Notes under the pieces: generated by a model
What the model was told of the DNA's origin: nothing
Database searches by the model: none
What the model saw: the letters and a program-made list of their open reading frames with translations, nothing else
Made by a program: the position numbers and the translations under genes
In this document: piece by piece, positions 19,801 to 27,405 of the stretch
How the letters are laid out: each line of letters begins with the position of its first letter
How positions within the stretch are numbered: the stretch's first letter is position 1
Origin: a virus
Length of the DNA stretch: 64,000 nucleotides
Direction: 5' to 3' (one strand)
Virus record (IMG/VR): IMGVR_UViG_3300006104_000013
Location: 35,553 to 99,552 of that record

Positions 19801-22800
19801 CTGGCACCAATTGGGAGCGGTGGACCTTTGCTGGGAAGATCGCCGACCGGGCCGGAACCGCTGAGAACCTTGCCATGGGGAATGAGGCGCGGGCACTCAA
19901 AGAGGCATTTATCAATGCTTTCAATGATTCGGACGAATACTCCCCATCAAAGGACGAGGGGAAAGGCGGGAAGGAGTCCGATCGATCTGGTGCGGCAGAA
20001 ATGTCGGAGTTTGATCGGGCAAAATCCTATTACTGGGCGCAACAGAAGAAGACCGGGCGTCGTGACCAGCGTGAAGGCATCGACTATTTCCCGACTCCAG
20101 AACCGATCGGCCAGAAGATGGTTGAATGGGCGGACATCAAACCTGGAGACAAAGTTCTGGAGCCGTCGGCCGGACATGGCGCTATTGCACGGTGGTTCCC
20201 TGAACACTCAGATCGGACTCTAATCGAGCCATCAGGGGAGCTCGCCAGCCGAGCGGCATTAGCCAGTCCAGGGGCCAAGGTTCTCGACCATAACTTCGAG
20301 GACCTCCATAAAGTCAATAAATACGACGCTATCGTGATGAACCCACCCTTTGGACAAGGCGGGAAAACGGCCATCGACCACTTGGCCTTGGCGGCGTCTC
20401 ATATTCGAGAAGGCGGCCGCATTGTCGCCCTGCTGCCTGATGGTCCAGCCGCGAACAAGCGTTTGGCAGACTTCTTGGTCGAGCACAATTACCTCCATGA
20501 CGTTGGCGTGATCAAGCTGCCGGAGTCCGTTTTTGAAAAGGCGGGGACGGCGGTAAGAACCCATGTCGTCGTCCTTGAAAAGCACAGCGATCATAACTCT
20601 ATGGCTGATGGTCCTGGTAAATTTGAAGGGTCCGCAATCCATACTGACAAGAGCAACGCGAAAGATATCAAAGAACTATTTGACCGGATCGAGCATGTTT
20701 CGCTGCCGGGGCGAATCGAACCAACGGTCAAAGAAGTTGAATCTGTACCTGACGCTAAAGGCAACATCAGCGCGGGAGGCCACGACTATGTCCTATCGAC
20801 CGCGCAAAATGGCGATTTCCTGGTCAAGCCGAAGAAGTATTTGGCCGATGACTATCACCGGATCAATGCTTTGGCCAAAGAAAACAATGGCGGATATGGC
20901 AAAGACGATAAATCATTCCGCTTCAAAACCGAGTCGGATCGGTCGGAATTCTTAAAGGCGCTCGCCAGCGGGGCCGAGCCCAAGCCATCGCAGACTGCTG
21001 GGTTTGGGGTCGATTTTGAGAAGGCCCAGGCCGTCCACTCGAAGACAGGTAAGGATCTCTTTGTAGCCATCCCGCAGAGTCGGGTTGAAACCGATAAGTT
21101 TCACCAGATGAATGCGCTGGCCAAGCAATTTGATGGGGCCTATTCGGCGTGGAAAGGGAAGGGGGCTGTTCCTGGGTTCCAGTTTCCTTCCGAGGCAGCG
21201 CGCGAAGCTTTCATCAATGCGGCGACCGAGGAAAAAATCGGACCTCGTGGCGCCGCCGATAATGACGAGATGCCGGATATCACCCCTCACCAAGAAGCGC
21301 GAGGCGAAGTCCTCAAACGTGGGGAATCCGACGGAAACGAGCACAACGCCTTCGTCGATCGAGAGGGCAAGATCATCTATGAGACCAGCGGAAAAAATGA
21401 TTCTGTCGAATTCTCCAACGCAATACTAAAAAGGCTGATGGACCAAAAAGAATCCATAACTATCCACCATAACCATCCTTCAAATAGACCGTTAAGTCAG
21501 CAAGATTTTCTTCTCTTAAGCTATCCTGGTATTGACCATGTTGTTGCGCATGGTGACGGGGTAATGAGTTCAGCTACATTGACGGAACTTGGCCGGTCGA
21601 TTGTCGGAACTGGAGCATCATCCCATGCTGACTGGGAGAAAATAGTTCGTAAAGTTAAGCGCGATGTCGATGAATCGCTGTTTAGCGCTTACGAAGCCGG
21701 AGAAATTGGTTCTGTCCCCACTATGTCTGAACAAAGAATGGCATTGGGGCAAGCTCTGCATCAGTCTGGGCTCATTGAATACCACTCAACTCATGATGTT
21801 GCGCGTGGAGAGCCTGCTTTTAATTATGCTGTTGATAGCGGTGTTACTGGTGCCATATCTTCAGTAAAGCGTTTGAAAAAACCAACAGCGGAGATGGAAG
21901 ATGATCGGTTGCATAGATCCACCTGGACTGGAAGCGTCGATGACGGAATTGCAGACCTTCCGTCGAAAACTGAAAAAAATGGATCAGACGGACAGGGCGG
22001 TAAAAGTGGCTTTGGAGGACATCGATTTGACGATCAAGCGCAAAGTCAGATCGATCAAGATCGAAGCGCAACGGGGAGCTTAAATGGACTTGCCGGGGGC
22101 AGCGAGCCCGTGGAAAAGCCTGACGGGCAAAAAGGAGGACCAAACCCTCGTGGGACATCTGATAGCGACGAGCTGACGGAGACCCAGAGAACCAACCGTC
22201 AGCAGGTGGCGCAAAAGATCAAAGAAGGGGTTGAAGAACACAAGGAGTCGGCAAAGACCCTGTGGAAAGCGATCCAAATGATTTGTGCCCCAATGGCCAC
22301 CGGAACCGATAAGGGCAAGGTGATTGCCAAGCAGTTCGCCAATAGCATTCGTGACGGTCTATATCGCATGAATCAGACGATCGATATGCTGGCCAAGGGG
22401 TTCTCCCCGGAGCAGCTCGGAAATATGTGGCGGGCGCTCGACGATACCTGTGTCCGCCATTCCATGGAAGAACGCGACTTCATCGCCGAAAACATCAATC
22501 GCATCCAGGCCAAAATGGCTGAAAAGTGGATCGAACGAGGAATGCCGGAAGATGAGGCCATGGAAAAAGTATTTCCGGCAGCCATGGAAGCCGCCAAGAT
22601 TGAAGCCCGTGGAGAGCTGGAGAAACGTGAAAAGGCAATGGCCGAAGAGAAGTTCGGGATCTTCTCCCTCCCGGATGATCAGCGCGACATCGTCATGGAC
22701 CTCTCCAAGCAGGCCGACCAGCTTTGGAAAGAAGCTCTGAACGCCAACCTTGTGTCCGGCCAAGGCTTGCCTCGCTGGACTCCGCGCATGCTGGCCATGG

Positions 22801-25109
22801 TCTCGGATGAAGGACATTTTGAGCCGATCCAAGGCGACCCAGCCAAACAGCGGGCCTACCACCTGGATGTTTTGGGGACGAACGCGACAACTGTGGCCCC
22901 CAGCCTCCGCAGCCGCAAGTATATGACGAAGGAAGAGCAGAACGAAGCCGGAGCGCGGATGCGGGACGAATTGGGATTCAACGGCGATATCAAAGTCCTT
23001 GAAGACATCCGCACGATGCCGCTGGCCATGGGGCGAATCCAGCATGCAGTGACGACACGGACTCTGATCAACAAACTTGATTCCATGGGTAAGGCCATGG
23101 GGCTTGAGCTCGTCAAAGAGGGACATGAAGGCGGAGACCATTTCACAGTCAACCATCCGGCATTCAGCATCATGAAGCCGATGTTGGAATGGAAGCCAAT
23201 AAGTAAGGAAGACCTGGAAGATAGGGGTAATTTTGTCCACGACGGAAAGGTCTACAAGGGAGATCCGGACGACGTCGAGAACGCCTCTTTGCTGAAGAGC
23301 TACCGAGTCAAAGGGGATGAAATCCAGCAGCATGCCCCGGTTACGCGCGAGAGTGACGGGTCAACGGTCATGCAAGCCGTACCCATCTCGATCCACCGCT
23401 CATTTGAAGGCCCGTTGCGGGCGATCCTGACGTCGAAGCCGGGGCCGATCTATCAGGCCGTCATGCGGCTCAAAGCGACGGTTACACATATGGTCCTTCT
23501 CTTCCCCACCGTCCACTTGGGGATGGAACTTGGCCGTGCCCTCCCGACTCTGGGTGGGAAAATGTTCACGGTCTCTTTCTGGAAGCAAGCTTTGCAGGAC
23601 ATGGGCGACAAAGAATTCATGTCCTATGCCATCCAGCACGGAATGGACCCGATCGGCAGCTTCTATGAGCACCAGGACATTTCGACTCTGTCCTATGACA
23701 AGGGGCTGATGCCGGGGAAAAGCCCCCCGGCGAAATTGCTCGGCCTCGCTGGCGATCTGGTCAGTAAGGAATTTGGCAATGCTCTGCGTAAGGGCGCTGA
23801 TAAATTCGGCGATTTTTACACCAACACATTGCTGTGGAATCGAGTTCGCCAACTCCAGGTCGGGCTGTTCCGCTCCACGATGGAGGCCGAAACACAGCAT
23901 CTGGCCAAGAAGATCATGGCGCAGGACCCGACGGTGACTCTCGACGAGGCCAGAGAAAAGGCGAAGACCGCTGCGGCATGGATGGCTGGGAACGTCAGCA
24001 ATCGCTATGCCGGGGCTCTTCCACTGGAGTCCATGGGCGAACCGGCTCGCAAATTCTGTAACATCATGCTGTTCTCTCGGATGCTGACCGTCGGCAACTG
24101 GGGCGCAATGAAGGACATGTTCCACGGGATGCCGGGCGATGTCTATTCGTCGATCAAGCAAGCTTGCGGCGAGAATGTCGCTGATCTGGCCAAAAGCGCG
24201 GGTAAGCGTAAGGCCCTAGCTGCCTTCGCCATCGATATCGGCATGATGTACGCCATGAATGCTGGCCTTCAATCAGCATTCAGCATTCTCAACAAGGACA
24301 AGACGGAAGACGAAGAAGTTCAGGGTTACATCGATCGGTATCATGCGGCGATCAACGATGTCGGCAATGACCCATCCCTGTTGCTCGACCCCACCTTCAT
24401 GATTGAACGGATATCTCCTACTTTCGATAATGATGTCGGCGCGGAGAACCGGTTCAAATTCGGCAAGAATATTGAGGGTGCCGATATGTATGGACGCTCT
24501 CCATTTGGTAAAATCGGTGAAGACCTCTTGGGTGCCATTTCCCATCCGCTGAAGATGATGGGCAACAAGATGAGTACCTTGGCCCGTCCGATCATCAGCA
24601 CCATTACCAATGCAGATCCATTTACCCACGATGCCATTTATGACGAAGATGCCCAGGGAGTATGGGCGAATGCTAAGGTTGTTGGCGATGTGGTCAAATA
24701 CTTCATGGAACAACAACTTCCGAGCCAGGAAATCGATTCCGTATCGTCGTGGATTCAAGGGGGAGATGACGCCCATGATTCGATGATTAAGTCTGTGTTG
24801 CCTATTTTGGGGATCACGACGAGAACAGGGAACTCCGGAGGCCCGTCAGCCAGTGTTGCCGCCCAAGTCAAGCGTGAGCATGACCGGACGGTCAAGAATG
24901 CTCGCCGTGAGGTGTCAAAAGACATCCGCGCCGGAAACCTTGATAAAGCGATCGATTATCTGTCAGAGCACGGAATGACGAGCGAGCAGGCGACCAAGTA
25001 CGTGCTCAGCCGTGGGAAACCGAAGGATTACACCGCCGCTCAACGCAAGCTGGTGTCTGAATATGGAACGGATCTTCAGAAGGAACGCGCCGACGAGGCC
25101 GACCAATAG
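13890..25109 (+). CDS. giant polyvalent (DarB-like) protein: InPase + SF2 strawberry-notch helicase + N6-adenine MTase + HNHP domain
   Basis: InPase ~15760-16175 (GKDKDHVD, FDEHKVVLG); helicase ~18185-19900 (GTGTGKT, DESQ, SATP, GISLHD, QEEGRIYRTGQ); MTase ~20080-20700 (YFPTP, LEPSAGHG, NPPF); HHNHPS ~21465. Confidence 0.85.
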   Translation: MDVTMPDGTVVNNVPDDMSKSDFVAKAKANGAWNPSWDAPQKSQNPGSDDQPGILESGLKGFAKGVIGSAKSLKTTAVGDALHPENDAPEGEPDSVDKLMADPNWWHHGAGWAAKIGAGLGGVAPGMGAAALASAPFGGPEDPLGAAAGTAAWAGVSAMQELPEAYRRNLKNGDDAETAYNKAWKDSGIAAATGALMNIVPGMKAFKGAADATGKISADEAAKAYLKNLVFHTFGTGPAMGAAQDIAQSEVDTGKAPDAQDLALNAAVMGLTGGVQAAIHHGVAKVLPQKAATEGTPNKEVPPPATTGHYVEPTVTGGFQVFGPDQQPVANGLHKTEDLAAAHANSLNAAATEPANTPVDQAAAVQRQGDQQLEGALAQETGDELPPDVPPAVPNGPSLSGLNKPKEPTATGGDEQQTVSEPNATLLHQQKQLQDGLRPAQYFPNETTPLPLPDGMQEVKTDRGVFHINPKLTSEEEVHQKAAEGRIGDLLNLGPYNKDDINNRVATGEQPVAVTERTPDGTEVRAAHGTGQTAAEQAAYFEQTKTPGNTIAVEHPLETVAKRIENAQAAPPAESESPQTPAAPSVESGATPPIDEKTPGTRKNPIDVKTAEDLRAAEENIDHEPTPAQKTASNYEHGHIRLHGLDIGLENGKGSKRTGIGEDGRKWTAAMKAAYGYVKGTIGKDKDHVDAFIGDHVESDKAFIIDQKNLATGEFDEHKVVLGARDEAEAHKIYDGSFSDEEGPARRMATTEVPIHDLKEWLANKSKTQEEAAPHFAEKAEIEAAKEKLKAAISRHPASTIFKIKDAIAATGLDSATARSLLKEVAEEAGLENKSGSFFTSKAGEKLSAFSAVPNPPRRLSTWIKSKGGIKNEGEELTNAIRQRPGLVNNKTGMTHEDAALAAWQAGYFPEHGSPKEDGTPPDISAFLKRLDEDIRGNKQFSEHDTEELEAFNDAISRNEEISKLADEHDIPTSGLTQAEFYDKLRESMSLRDMARLQKEQEDSHLAAMAEAEARQKEWMDQRGEAWEPDWEPKGRPRTLKDLQDEYEREELARRASEGEGSPDASESGSSDASEEGAGSRERSSGDQGGNEDLRNKSIGDAIGLTSEAIAAADKAAKAEADKASKLEQHKLEKSQSKLRKSGQKSAESQKDGLFAKAAEGDQGDLLSQPKPKAEWGSANKLVSTERAEAIREALRAKMRSQISSGLDPETIMLGTELAVYHIEAGARSFADFAGRMIADLGDKIRPFLKMWYNAARDYPGMDDTGMTPYEEVRKFDHNGEFNVPDLSGDLERDSGNAEIGDSVGKPDVQSKGDRATQGSGRGDERAEEGRVRPDSDIGISPDGTASVGEGGDSEVQAEASGARQRAAERGGQPGGYDVGEHGPAIIHIGAESVGKTAGDSPELAKKEAAQAKANKLEVKPGLNNIRETLPYLLPGQHDDIHKAEQRFAKPDGHGMLFSNGTGTGKTFTGGGIIARFVRQGKGDILIVAPSQGIVADWQKALAKIGIESSVLESTTTAGKGVVLATYANLGENRHLADRNWHLVVADESQKLMANENGEPTGALNHFRAITNHPDGLSTKANMQLRDLNDRLDEVTAIAQGKKPPTPEMSREKASELSSELNRELNKKRNDLIDKFSQEPRSKAVFLSATPLPYVKAIDYANGYLFHYPKVEKTGAYNQADGRGQFLMENFGYRMRTGKLTEPDSNVDSGIMERAFHEKLKREGSLSTRRLDVDADYDRKFVLVNDAVGHKIDSLMEFLREADNGKFRHIAEIVNENFDYLSRMRLLEAIKANHFVPIIKKHIEMGRKVVVFHDYNEGGGMNPFDLSNVPNAEVPLRVNGKDEMVNLQDLAREFHDRNPEAKKMDFSQFKAPIETMRDAFPAALFYNGNVPEKARAQAKMLFNQDGSGRDIIVVNSAAGEAGISLHDTTGAHQRVLINLGMPIKPTTAIQEEGRIYRTGQVTDALFRYGNTGTNWERWTFAGKIADRAGTAENLAMGNEARALKEAFINAFNDSDEYSPSKDEGKGGKESDRSGAAEMSEFDRAKSYYWAQQKKTGRRDQREGIDYFPTPEPIGQKMVEWADIKPGDKVLEPSAGHGAIARWFPEHSDRTLIEPSGELASRAALASPGAKVLDHNFEDLHKVNKYDAIVMNPPFGQGGKTAIDHLALAASHIREGGRIVALLPDGPAANKRLADFLVEHNYLHDVGVIKLPESVFEKAGTAVRTHVVVLEKHSDHNSMADGPGKFEGSAIHTDKSNAKDIKELFDRIEHVSLPGRIEPTVKEVESVPDAKGNISAGGHDYVLSTAQNGDFLVKPKKYLADDYHRINALAKENNGGYGKDDKSFRFKTESDRSEFLKALASGAEPKPSQTAGFGVDFEKAQAVHSKTGKDLFVAIPQSRVETDKFHQMNALAKQFDGAYSAWKGKGAVPGFQFPSEAAREAFINAATEEKIGPRGAADNDEMPDITPHQEARGEVLKRGESDGNEHNAFVDREGKIIYETSGKNDSVEFSNAILKRLMDQKESITIHHNHPSNRPLSQQDFLLLSYPGIDHVVAHGDGVMSSATLTELGRSIVGTGASSHADWEKIVRKVKRDVDESLFSAYEAGEIGSVPTMSEQRMALGQALHQSGLIEYHSTHDVARGEPAFNYAVDSGVTGAISSVKRLKKPTAEMEDDRLHRSTWTGSVDDGIADLPSKTEKNGSDGQGGKSGFGGHRFDDQAQSQIDQDRSATGSLNGLAGGSEPVEKPDGQKGGPNPRGTSDSDELTETQRTNRQQVAQKIKEGVEEHKESAKTLWKAIQMICAPMATGTDKGKVIAKQFANSIRDGLYRMNQTIDMLAKGFSPEQLGNMWRALDDTCVRHSMEERDFIAENINRIQAKMAEKWIERGMPEDEAMEKVFPAAMEAAKIEARGELEKREKAMAEEKFGIFSLPDDQRDIVMDLSKQADQLWKEALNANLVSGQGLPRWTPRMLAMVSDEGHFEPIQGDPAKQRAYHLDVLGTNATTVAPSLRSRKYMTKEEQNEAGARMRDELGFNGDIKVLEDIRTMPLAMGRIQHAVTTRTLINKLDSMGKAMGLELVKEGHEGGDHFTVNHPAFSIMKPMLEWKPISKEDLEDRGNFVHDGKVYKGDPDDVENASLLKSYRVKGDEIQQHAPVTRESDGSTVMQAVPISIHRSFEGPLRAILTSKPGPIYQAVMRLKATVTHMVLLFPTVHLGMELGRALPTLGGKMFTVSFWKQALQDMGDKEFMSYAIQHGMDPIGSFYEHQDISTLSYDKGLMPGKSPPAKLLGLAGDLVSKEFGNALRKGADKFGDFYTNTLLWNRVRQLQVGLFRSTMEAETQHLAKKIMAQDPTVTLDEAREKAKTAAAWMAGNVSNRYAGALPLESMGEPARKFCNIMLFSRMLTVGNWGAMKDMFHGMPGDVYSSIKQACGENVADLAKSAGKRKALAAFAIDIGMMYAMNAGLQSAFSILNKDKTEDEEVQGYIDRYHAAINDVGNDPSLLLDPTFMIERISPTFDNDVGAENRFKFGKNIEGADMYGRSPFGKIGEDLLGAISHPLKMMGNKMSTLARPIISTITNADPFTHDAIYDEDAQGVWANAKVVGDVVKYFMEQQLPSQEIDSVSSWIQGGDDAHDSMIKSVLPILGITTRTGNSGGPSASVAAQVKREHDRTVKNARREVSKDIRAGNLDKAIDYLSEHGMTSEQATKYVLSRGKPKDYTAAQRKLVSEYGTDLQKERADEADQ

Positions 25110-25117
25110 GAACGTCT

Positions 25118-25260
25118 TGGCTTTTTAGCATGTTTGGGGCATAGTCCAGTGACCAGCGGGCCGCTGGAACAACCCCAACATGAATCCGCTTGACGGCGCT
25201 CGTCATGGTTCTTCGGGAAATGACCGGTGCGGCACCTGGACTCACCCTTCGATGAAGCCA
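25118..25260 (+). ncRNA. candidate structured RNA with pseudoknot
   Basis: Nested helices, C(UUCG)G loop, AGTCCAG/CTGGACT crossing pair. Confidence 0.4.
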
Positions 25261-25279
25261 TCTTGGCGGGAGATATCCC

Positions 25280-27160
25280 ATGCCGATGATGCCGCTCGCC
25301 ATCAAGCCGGGCGTTAACTCCCAGGCGTCAAAACTTCTTGCGCATGATATGTGGTCGTCCTCGAATTTGATTCGGTTCAAAGATGGGATGCTGCAAAAAC
25401 GTGGTGGCTGGACTCACCTGAATAGCACGACGTTTCTTGGAACTGCTCGCGGGATGCACCCGTTTCAGGATTTGCAGAACAATACATATCTGGCGATTGG
25501 AACAAACCAGCGTCTGAGCCTCTATAATTTCGGAACAGTTTACGACATTACGCCATATCGCTTGACGACGACTCCAGCCGGAGGGGCTCCCTTCGCTGTG
25601 ACGCTGGGGCAGTCAACCGTGGTCGTCACTGATTCTGGGGCCACAGGTGCGCTTTGCCCTGCTGTCGGGGATTGGGTATTCATTTCCGGGGCTTCCGCTG
25701 GAGCATTTAACCTCGGTCTTTATGGGCAAGGGGTTTATCAAGCAGGCACCACCGGCGGCATCAATATGAACGGCTTCTTCCAAGTGAACGCCGTCATCAA
25801 CGCGTCAATCGGAGAATATTCGGTCGCCACTTCGACTGTGGCGAATCAGACCGGAACCGGCGGCGGCGCTCCGACAATCAACTATCTCCTCAGTAGTGCG
25901 TTAGACCCGGTCATCGGCGGCTATGGGACCGGCGTATATGGGAGCGGGTCCTTCGGCGCAACCACATCGCAGGGTGGAGTTGCCATCGTCCTCCGGGAGT
26001 GGTCGCTTGATAACTGGGGTCAGTTTTTAGTGGCCAACCCACTGAATGGTGGCCTTTATCTGTGGACTCCACCGAACACATGGCCGCCGACGTCTGGGGC
26101 TGCGGCACCGGCCGTCGCCATTTCGAGCGCAGACACGTATTTCCCGACAGCATCGCGGGGAATGTTCGTGGCGATGCCACAACGGCAATTGATTTGCTTT
26201 GGAACACAGAACAGCACTCTATCCAACCAAGACCCTCTATTGGTCCAGTTCTCAGACGTTGGAAGCTACACGACCTTCACTCCGACAGTGACAAATCAGG
26301 CTGGGTCTTTCCGACTCTCGTCCGGGTCTCGGATCATGGGTGGCATGCAAGCCATGCAGAACGGACTGATTTGGACAGATATTGAGCTGTGGCAGTTCCA
26401 ATATATTGGGTATCCATTGGTCTATGGCTTTAACAAAATCGGCATCGGCTGCGGACTGATTGGAATGAAGGCTGCGGCCAAGATCGGCCCAACCGTTTAT
26501 TGGATGTCGCTGGATGGGTTCTTCTCATATGACGGCAGCACCGTGAGCCCGTTGCGTTGCTCAGTCTGGGATCGGGTATTCAATAACATCGATCGGAATT
26601 ATGCCGAGGCTGTCTTCGCTGCTCCGAATTCGTATTTCAACGAGATTCTGTGGTTTTTCCCTGTGATCGGTGGAAGTGGGGCGGTGAGCAATTACGTCTC
26701 ATTCAATGTCGTTGATCAGGTCTGGGACTATGGGCAAATGAACCGGACCTGCTGGGTTGACCAATCTGTGTTGGGGGCTCCGATCGGGGCAGACTCAACG
26801 ACCGGCCTAATCCAACAGCATGAAACGTCGAATGATGCCGACGGAAACGCTTTAGACTCATGGGCCGAGACCGGATGGCTGGACATGGCAAGCGGACAGG
26901 AATTCATCTTCTTGGAACGCATGCTGACCGATTTTGTCGTTTCATCCGGGTCAATCGTTCTGATCACGGTAAAGGTCTGCAATTACGTAGGAGACACACC
27001 GCGAGTCTATGGCCCCTTCTCCATAACGTCGGCGACTGAAAACATCATTATTCGTGCGCGCGGAAGATTCATTGCGATCCGGGTAGAGAGCCAGGGGACC
27101 GGTTCTTTTTGGCGCGTCGGGCAAAACTTGATGCTGACCAGCGCAGCGGGGAGACGATAA
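25280..27160 (+). CDS. tail nozzle / DNA stabilisation protein (P22 gp10 / T7 gp12 analogue)
   Basis: 626 aa; RF..G..QK.GGW, WSLDNWG, NQAGSFRL..GSRI, WTD, C.V.D.VF, F.EI.WF.P, R.RGR, C-term GRR. Confidence 0.7.
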   Translation: MPMMPLAIKPGVNSQASKLLAHDMWSSSNLIRFKDGMLQKRGGWTHLNSTTFLGTARGMHPFQDLQNNTYLAIGTNQRLSLYNFGTVYDITPYRLTTTPAGGAPFAVTLGQSTVVVTDSGATGALCPAVGDWVFISGASAGAFNLGLYGQGVYQAGTTGGINMNGFFQVNAVINASIGEYSVATSTVANQTGTGGGAPTINYLLSSALDPVIGGYGTGVYGSGSFGATTSQGGVAIVLREWSLDNWGQFLVANPLNGGLYLWTPPNTWPPTSGAAAPAVAISSADTYFPTASRGMFVAMPQRQLICFGTQNSTLSNQDPLLVQFSDVGSYTTFTPTVTNQAGSFRLSSGSRIMGGMQAMQNGLIWTDIELWQFQYIGYPLVYGFNKIGIGCGLIGMKAAAKIGPTVYWMSLDGFFSYDGSTVSPLRCSVWDRVFNNIDRNYAEAVFAAPNSYFNEILWFFPVIGGSGAVSNYVSFNVVDQVWDYGQMNRTCWVDQSVLGAPIGADSTTGLIQQHETSNDADGNALDSWAETGWLDMASGQEFIFLERMLTDFVVSSGSIVLITVKVCNYVGDTPRVYGPFSITSATENIIIRARGRFIAIRVESQGTGSFWRVGQNLMLTSAAGRR

Positions 27161-27397
27161 ATGGCGGACACAATAAATGTTCCAGGGATGGCTGATCTTG
27201 TCATGGCCGTCAAAAATTCAAATCAGATCATGGGGCAGCTTATCGCCGCGATCAAAGCTGCATTCCCTCAGAACGCAAGCACAGCGACAACGGCCACAGC
27301 CGGTTCGGCAACTCTTCCTGCGACTCCAGCCGGTTTCTTGGTGGTGAATAACCCTGTCACGGGGCTTGCCGTCAAGATCCCGTACTACAATAATTAG
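27161..27397 (+). CDS. small tail protein
   Basis: C-term LPATPAGFLVV...KIPYYN motif typical of fibre/needle ends. Confidence 0.6.
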   Translation: MADTINVPGMADLVMAVKNSNQIMGQLIAAIKAAFPQNASTATTATAGSATLPATPAGFLVVNNPVTGLAVKIPYYNN

Positions 27398-27405
27398 GAT
27401 AGGCA

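Noticed and set aside
27158-27163. In-frame TAA-ATG junction between nozzle and next gene
   Set aside because: The nozzle ends at its usual GRR terminus, and the next ORF has its own RBS and ATG; TAA is not leaky
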